Assembly: GCA_002347025.1 (NCBI GenBank)
Contig: DEAE01000001.1
Location: forward strand, 70,623-134,622
Direction of reading: 5' to 3'
DNA from: Acidobacteria bacterium UBA2990
Lineage (GTDB): Bacteria > Acidobacteriota > Vicinamibacteria > Vicinamibacterales > UBA8438
Length of the DNA: 64,000 nucleotides
The position numbers and the translations under genes are program-made. Numbering within the stretch: the stretch's first letter is position 1; the number at the start of each line of letters is the position of its first letter. Of this stretch, positions 59,670-64,000 are shown piece by piece. Under the pieces are notes generated by a model, which saw nothing but the letters and a program-made list of their open reading frames with translations, was not told where the DNA came from and searched no databases.

Positions 59670-60926
59670 ATGATAGTTCGTGAGCAGCTTGACAACGGGC
59701 TACGGTTACTGACGGAGAGCATGTCAGATGTTCGCTCTGTTACGTTTGGGGTTTGGCTGACTCGAGGTTCTCGTCATGAGACTGCTTCTCAATCCGGGAT
59801 AGCCCATTTTGTGGAGCATATGCTCTTCAAGGGTACCGAGACACGGTCAGCCCAAGATATCGCCCAAGAGATAGACTCGATCGGTGGGCAGCTCGATGCT
59901 TTCACAGCGAAGGACTGCGCCAGTTATTACGTGAAGGTTCTTGATGAGCACTTGCCTCATGCTTTTGCGGTGTTGTCAGACTTGCTCTTGTGTCCTATTT
60001 TCGATCCTGACGAGATTCTTCGTGAGAAAAAGGTGGTTCTCGAAGAAATCAAGATGGTGGAAGATACCCCAGACGATTTCGTGCATGAACTGTTCACTCA
60101 ACGATTTTGGTCTGGGCATCCTCTGGGGCGACCGATTCTAGGGCTACCAGAGACGGTTGATCTGTTGGACAATCAGGCTCTGAGCGCTTATTTCAAAAAA
60201 GTTTACTCTCCAGATAATCTAGTTGTAGCTGCTGCTGGTAACGTTGAACATGGAGCAATCAAGGACTTGGTTGCTGAAGCCTTCGGGGACCTACCAGCCG
60301 GTCGTGAGACGGTGCAGCCTGATTCTCCCGTGGCAGTGCCGGGATTTGAACTTCGCGAGAAGTCTTTGGAGCAATGTCATCTTTGCTTGGGAGTGGATGG
60401 GTACCCCCAGCAACACATCGACCGGTACGTTTGTTACCTGTTGAATATAGTCCTAGGCGGCTCAATGAGCTCCCGTTTATTCCAAAATATTCGCGAAAAA
60501 CGTGGGCTTGCTTACGCTGTCAGCAGCGGCTTGACGGCCTATCAGGATGCCGGAGCTTTGACCGTTTATGCCGGCTGCGACAGTAAAGCCGCGAGCGAGG
60601 TGATTGAGCTTGTTGTGACTGAATTCCAGAATTTGCGTGACAGTCCTATACAGCCCGAAGAATTGCGGCGAGCTAAGGATCACCTGAAGGGAAACCTTGT
60701 TCTTAGTTTAGAGAGTTCTTCGAGTCGTATGTCACAGATGGCTCGCTATGAGATTCAGTTCGGTAGACAGATCTCTTTGGACGACACCTTGGCATCGGTG
60801 GAAGCTGTCACAGTCGACGATATTCAGCGAGTTGCGAGGGACCTATTCCAGCCAGGAGCCCTTGCGGTGACGGTGTTAGGTCCGGCGGGTCGGCTGAGGG
60901 CTGGCGACCAGTTCGGTCTAACCTAG
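59670..60926 (+). CDS. M16 family zinc peptidase
   Basis: HFVEHMLFKGT inverted zinc motif; SSRLFQNIREKRGLAY. Confidence 0.95.
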   Translation: MIVREQLDNGLRLLTESMSDVRSVTFGVWLTRGSRHETASQSGIAHFVEHMLFKGTETRSAQDIAQEIDSIGGQLDAFTAKDCASYYVKVLDEHLPHAFAVLSDLLLCPIFDPDEILREKKVVLEEIKMVEDTPDDFVHELFTQRFWSGHPLGRPILGLPETVDLLDNQALSAYFKKVYSPDNLVVAAAGNVEHGAIKDLVAEAFGDLPAGRETVQPDSPVAVPGFELREKSLEQCHLCLGVDGYPQQHIDRYVCYLLNIVLGGSMSSRLFQNIREKRGLAYAVSSGLTAYQDAGALTVYAGCDSKAASEVIELVVTEFQNLRDSPIQPEELRRAKDHLKGNLVLSLESSSSRMSQMARYEIQFGRQISLDDTLASVEAVTVDDIQRVARDLFQPGALAVTVLGPAGRLRAGDQFGLT

Positions 60927-60943
60927 AGAAGACGGAGGATACG

Positions 60944-61783
60944 ATCGGAGTACGGCTAACCGTGCTCGGCAGTGGCAGTGCAGGGAACGCTACGTTACTG
61001 CAAGACGGTGACCAGCGGGTGCTGATTGATGTTGGCCTGAGCTACCGTGAGGTAGTTCGACGACTTGAGAGTATCGGCGTTCCAGCAGCGACTGTCGGGG
61101 CCGTTGTGATTACTCATGCTCATGGTGACCATACCCGTGGCGCGGGCTTGTTTTCGCGCCGGCATGAGGTGCCAGTGTATGCGACGCTCAAGACTCGGGC
61201 CATATGGAAAGGTGCAGATGTGGCGAGGTGGGGCGATTTGCAGTGCGACGCCACGACTAAAATTTGTGGTTTCCGCTTCGTGACATTTGAGGTGTCTCAC
61301 GATGCGGCCGCTGAGACGGTAGCGTTCTGCATCGAAAGCTCAAATGGAGATATCGGATTTGCTACCGACCTGGGTGTTGTGACTGAAACACTGCGAACTA
61401 AGTTCAGATCTTGCCGCCTGATCGTAATGGAGTCGAATCATGCCCGGGATCTGCTGCAGGTTGGACCTTATTCGCAGCGGATGAAGGCGCGGATAGCCGG
61501 TGAGCGCGGCCATCTGTCTAATGAGGAGCTAGCATTGTTTGTGGGTAAGCACTTGGGAAGGTCGGTGGAATGTCTGGTGCTTGCTCATCTGAGCCGGGTG
61601 AACAATACCCCAGAGCTTGCTGCAATGACTTGCAGGGAGGCGCTTGATGTCGCTGGACGTTCTGATGTGCGAGTGCTGGTAGCTCATCAGGATTGTGTTG
61701 CCGAATCCGTGGAACTCGGGCTGGTGTTTCATGGAAACCCTGCGGATATGCATATACAGCGACAACAGGCCCTGCCGTTCTAG
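60944..61783 (+). CDS. MBL-fold metallohydrolase (YycJ/WalJ-like); probable ATC start
   Basis: LGSGSAGN, THAHGDH, ATDLG, ESNH, GHLSN, LAHLS; the conserved first beta-strand VRLTV lies upstream of the track's GTG. Confidence 0.88.
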   Translation: MGVRLTVLGSGSAGNATLLQDGDQRVLIDVGLSYREVVRRLESIGVPAATVGAVVITHAHGDHTRGAGLFSRRHEVPVYATLKTRAIWKGADVARWGDLQCDATTKICGFRFVTFEVSHDAAAETVAFCIESSNGDIGFATDLGVVTETLRTKFRSCRLIVMESNHARDLLQVGPYSQRMKARIAGERGHLSNEELALFVGKHLGRSVECLVLAHLSRVNNTPELAAMTCREALDVAGRSDVRVLVAHQDCVAESVELGLVFHGNPADMHIQRQQALPF

Positions 61784-61846
61784 AAAAATCGAACAATTCG
61801 ATTTAGCGAGTGCTAATCTGAAATTCAATTCTAGGTAATAGACATT

Positions 61847-63145
61847 ATGATTCCCCGCTACACTCATCCTGAGATTGGCAAAATCTGGGGTGATCAACGT
61901 AAATATGATACGTGGCTGCGTGTGGAAGTCGCTGCGGCTGAGGCGATGGCCGCCTCTGGGCTGATCCCGAAAGACGCAGCTCGTGAGTTGGCCGGTTGCG
62001 ATGGAGTGTCAGCTGACCGAATCGACGAGATCGAACAAACTACTCAGCATGATGTCATAGCGTTTACCACGGCTGTGGCCGAGCAAGTCGGACCAGCAGC
62101 TAGGTGGTTGCATTACGGGCTGACTTCGTCCGACGTTCTCGATACAGCTTTGGCCTTGCAGATGAAGGAAGCTTGCGGGCTGATACTTGATGATATCACC
62201 GGGTTACTGATGGTAATCGCTGAACGTGCTCGAGAGCATCGAGATACACCGATGATCGGGCGAACCCATGGGGTGCATGCCGAACCGATGACCTTTGGTT
62301 TGAAGCTCGCGCTTTGGTACAAGGAGCTCTGTCGTAATAGGCAAAGAATTGAGCGTGCCCGTGAGGTTGTTAGTGTTGGGAAAATCTCTGGAGCCGTTGG
62401 CACCTACGCCCATCTCGATCCGGAAATTGAGAAAAGGGTTTGCGATGCTTTGGGCCTTGAAAGAGAGCCTGTGGCGTCGCAGGTTGTACAGCGTGACAGG
62501 CATGCTGAATTACTTAGTGCGATCGCTATTTTAGGAGCGTCAATCGAAAAATTTGCGGTTGAGGTTCGGGGGCTCCAGAAAACCGAGATCGGTGAAGTTG
62601 AGGAAGGATTTGCCAAAGGCCAAAAGGGGTCGTCGGCGATGCCGCATAAGCGAAATCCGATTGGTTGTGAGCAACTTACCGGGTTGGCTCGAGTTTTGCG
62701 GGCTAATGCAGTGGCCGCGTTTGAAAACGTTGCCCTGTGGCATGAACGAGATATTTCACACTCATCTGTTGAGCGAGTAATTATTCCAGATAGCTTTATC
62801 GCTTTGGACCATATGTTGCGCCGTTTTACCAGGATTGTGACAAACCTAGTGGTTTACCCAGGTCGAATGAAGGAGAACCTTGAACGATCGCGGGGGATAG
62901 TATTTTCGGGAACGGTGCTCTTGGAACTGGCGAAACGTGGGGTTTCTCGTGAGCGAGCCTATGAATGGGTGCAGCGTGCAGCGATGCGTTCCCATGACGA
63001 ACAAGAAAACTTTAAGTCTTTATTGGCTGCTGATTCGGAGGTGATGGCGGTGTTGTCATCTGAAGATTTGGAGCAGATGTTTGACCTTGAAGAGCAATTA
63101 CGTCATGTAGGCGCGATTGTGGACCGAGCGTTGTTGGAAGTATAG
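61847..63145 (+). CDS. purB: Adenylosuccinate lyase
   Basis: MIPRY, HDVIAF, GRTHGVHAEP, GSSAMPHKRNP, WHERDISHSSVER. Confidence 0.97.
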   Translation: MIPRYTHPEIGKIWGDQRKYDTWLRVEVAAAEAMAASGLIPKDAARELAGCDGVSADRIDEIEQTTQHDVIAFTTAVAEQVGPAARWLHYGLTSSDVLDTALALQMKEACGLILDDITGLLMVIAERAREHRDTPMIGRTHGVHAEPMTFGLKLALWYKELCRNRQRIERAREVVSVGKISGAVGTYAHLDPEIEKRVCDALGLEREPVASQVVQRDRHAELLSAIAILGASIEKFAVEVRGLQKTEIGEVEEGFAKGQKGSSAMPHKRNPIGCEQLTGLARVLRANAVAAFENVALWHERDISHSSVERVIIPDSFIALDHMLRRFTRIVTNLVVYPGRMKENLERSRGIVFSGTVLLELAKRGVSRERAYEWVQRAAMRSHDEQENFKSLLAADSEVMAVLSSEDLEQMFDLEEQLRHVGAIVDRALLEV

Positions 63146-63179
63146 CTGGTTGATTTACAGCTAGTAGGGTGGGGAATCA

Positions 63180-63440
63180 TTGAAGACTCGAGTGTTTGTC
63201 ACTTTGAAACCATCGGTGTTCGACCCTCAAGGTCAGACTATTCTCGACGCACTTAGTTCGTTGGGCTATGAGTCCGTGCGCGATGTGCGACAGGGTAAGT
63301 TTTTCGAGCTGGATGTCGTCGCTGATTCGGCTCAGGAGGCAATGACCATTTCGACGGAAATTGCCGACAAGCTATTGGCTAACACCGTGATCGAGGGCTA
63401 CCGAGTTGAGGTTGACCCCAAGCGTGGGGAGGGCGACTAG
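63180..63440 (+). CDS. purS: FGAM synthase subunit PurS
   Basis: LKPSVFDPQG, VRQGK, LLANTVIE.Y. Confidence 0.95.
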   Translation: MKTRVFVTLKPSVFDPQGQTILDALSSLGYESVRDVRQGKFFELDVVADSAQEAMTISTEIADKLLANTVIEGYRVEVDPKRGEGD

Positions 63441-63526
63441 GCAGTGTTTGAATCACCCTAGGGAACTTTTGCCTAGGTCGCTTCGTCGCACATTCTCTAT
63501 TCGTTCAACTTGAGAGATAGTCGAAG

Positions 63527-64000
63527 ATGAAATTTGCGATTATCGAGTTTCCCGGTTCAAATTGCGATCATGATGCCTACCACGCGGTCAGGCATGTTTT
63601 GGGGCAGCAGGCCGATTTCATTTGGCACAAAGACACTGACCTCAGAGGTGCCGACACTGTGGTGCTGCCTGGGGGGTTTTCGTACGGTGATTACTTGCGG
63701 ACTGGTGCCATTGCCAGCTTTTCGCCGGTGATGGACAAGGTTAGAGAGTTTGCCGCAGCCGGAGGTCCCGTTATCGGGATCTGTAATGGGTTTCAAATTC
63801 TTCTTGAGGCTGGGTTGCTTGACGGTGCGTTATTGCGTAACAGACGGCTCAAGTTCTTGTGCCAGGATGTTCACGTTCGCGTAGAGGCAACAGACACGCC
63901 GTTTACCGCTTCTGCGGAACTTGGCCAAGTATTGAAGTTGCCAATTGCGCATAGGGAGGGCAACTATCACGTTGTGCCAGAGAGATTGGCTGATCTCGAG
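63527..64000 (+). CDS. purQ: FGAM synthase glutaminase subunit PurQ, truncated by the window end
   Basis: Manual translation [16 protein letters not shown]...[11 protein letters not shown]...GICNGFQ. Confidence 0.95.
   Translation, partial: MKFAIIEFPGSNCDHDAYHAVRHVLGQQADFIWHKDTDLRGADTVVLPGGFSYGDYLRTGAIASFSPVMDKVREFAAAGGPVIGICNGFQILLEAGLLDGALLRNRRLKFLCQDVHVRVEATDTPFTASAELGQVLKLPIAHREGNYHVVPERLADLE

Noticed and set aside
61790-61816. CIRCE element
   Set aside because: Only the right half (GAGTGCTAA) is present. The left half matches 4 of 9 positions, and the downstream genes are not chaperones.

Overview
Bacterial chromosomal window, about 45 genes, densely coding, with a G/T-rich + strand. 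The gene repertoire (many exported PQQ and heme enzymes, a PVC-type heme dehydrogenase, ceramidase-fold proteins, several Na+-coupled transporters) suggests an aquatic or marine Acidobacteriota-like organism; this is inference only. Housekeeping genes include tkt, msrA, eno, proC, mtaB, rlmN and purB-purS-purQ. I recognised no rRNA, tRNA, CRISPR array or intact mobile element. The main hidden signals are two selenoprotein genes that the ORF track breaks or misses because of in-frame UGA codons, each followed by a SECIS-like hairpin: an OsmC-like protein (3267-3731, +) and a SelW/Rdx CxxU protein (10225-10461, -). They lie in a redox/sulfur neighbourhood with an orphan SoxC/SoxD-like pair and MsrA. 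Other notable items are a PQQ alcohol dehydrogenase with a lanthanide-type D-x-D motif coupled to a diheme cytochrome, an exported three-domain single-chain Rid protein, a heme protein + YVTN propeller + cytochrome c module followed by a CPxCG microprotein candidate, a glycoside-oxidation-like cluster with two ceramidase-fold enzymes, a 30-aa membrane peptide, and a probable ATC start codon. All family assignments come from recognising motifs by eye; no database search was run.
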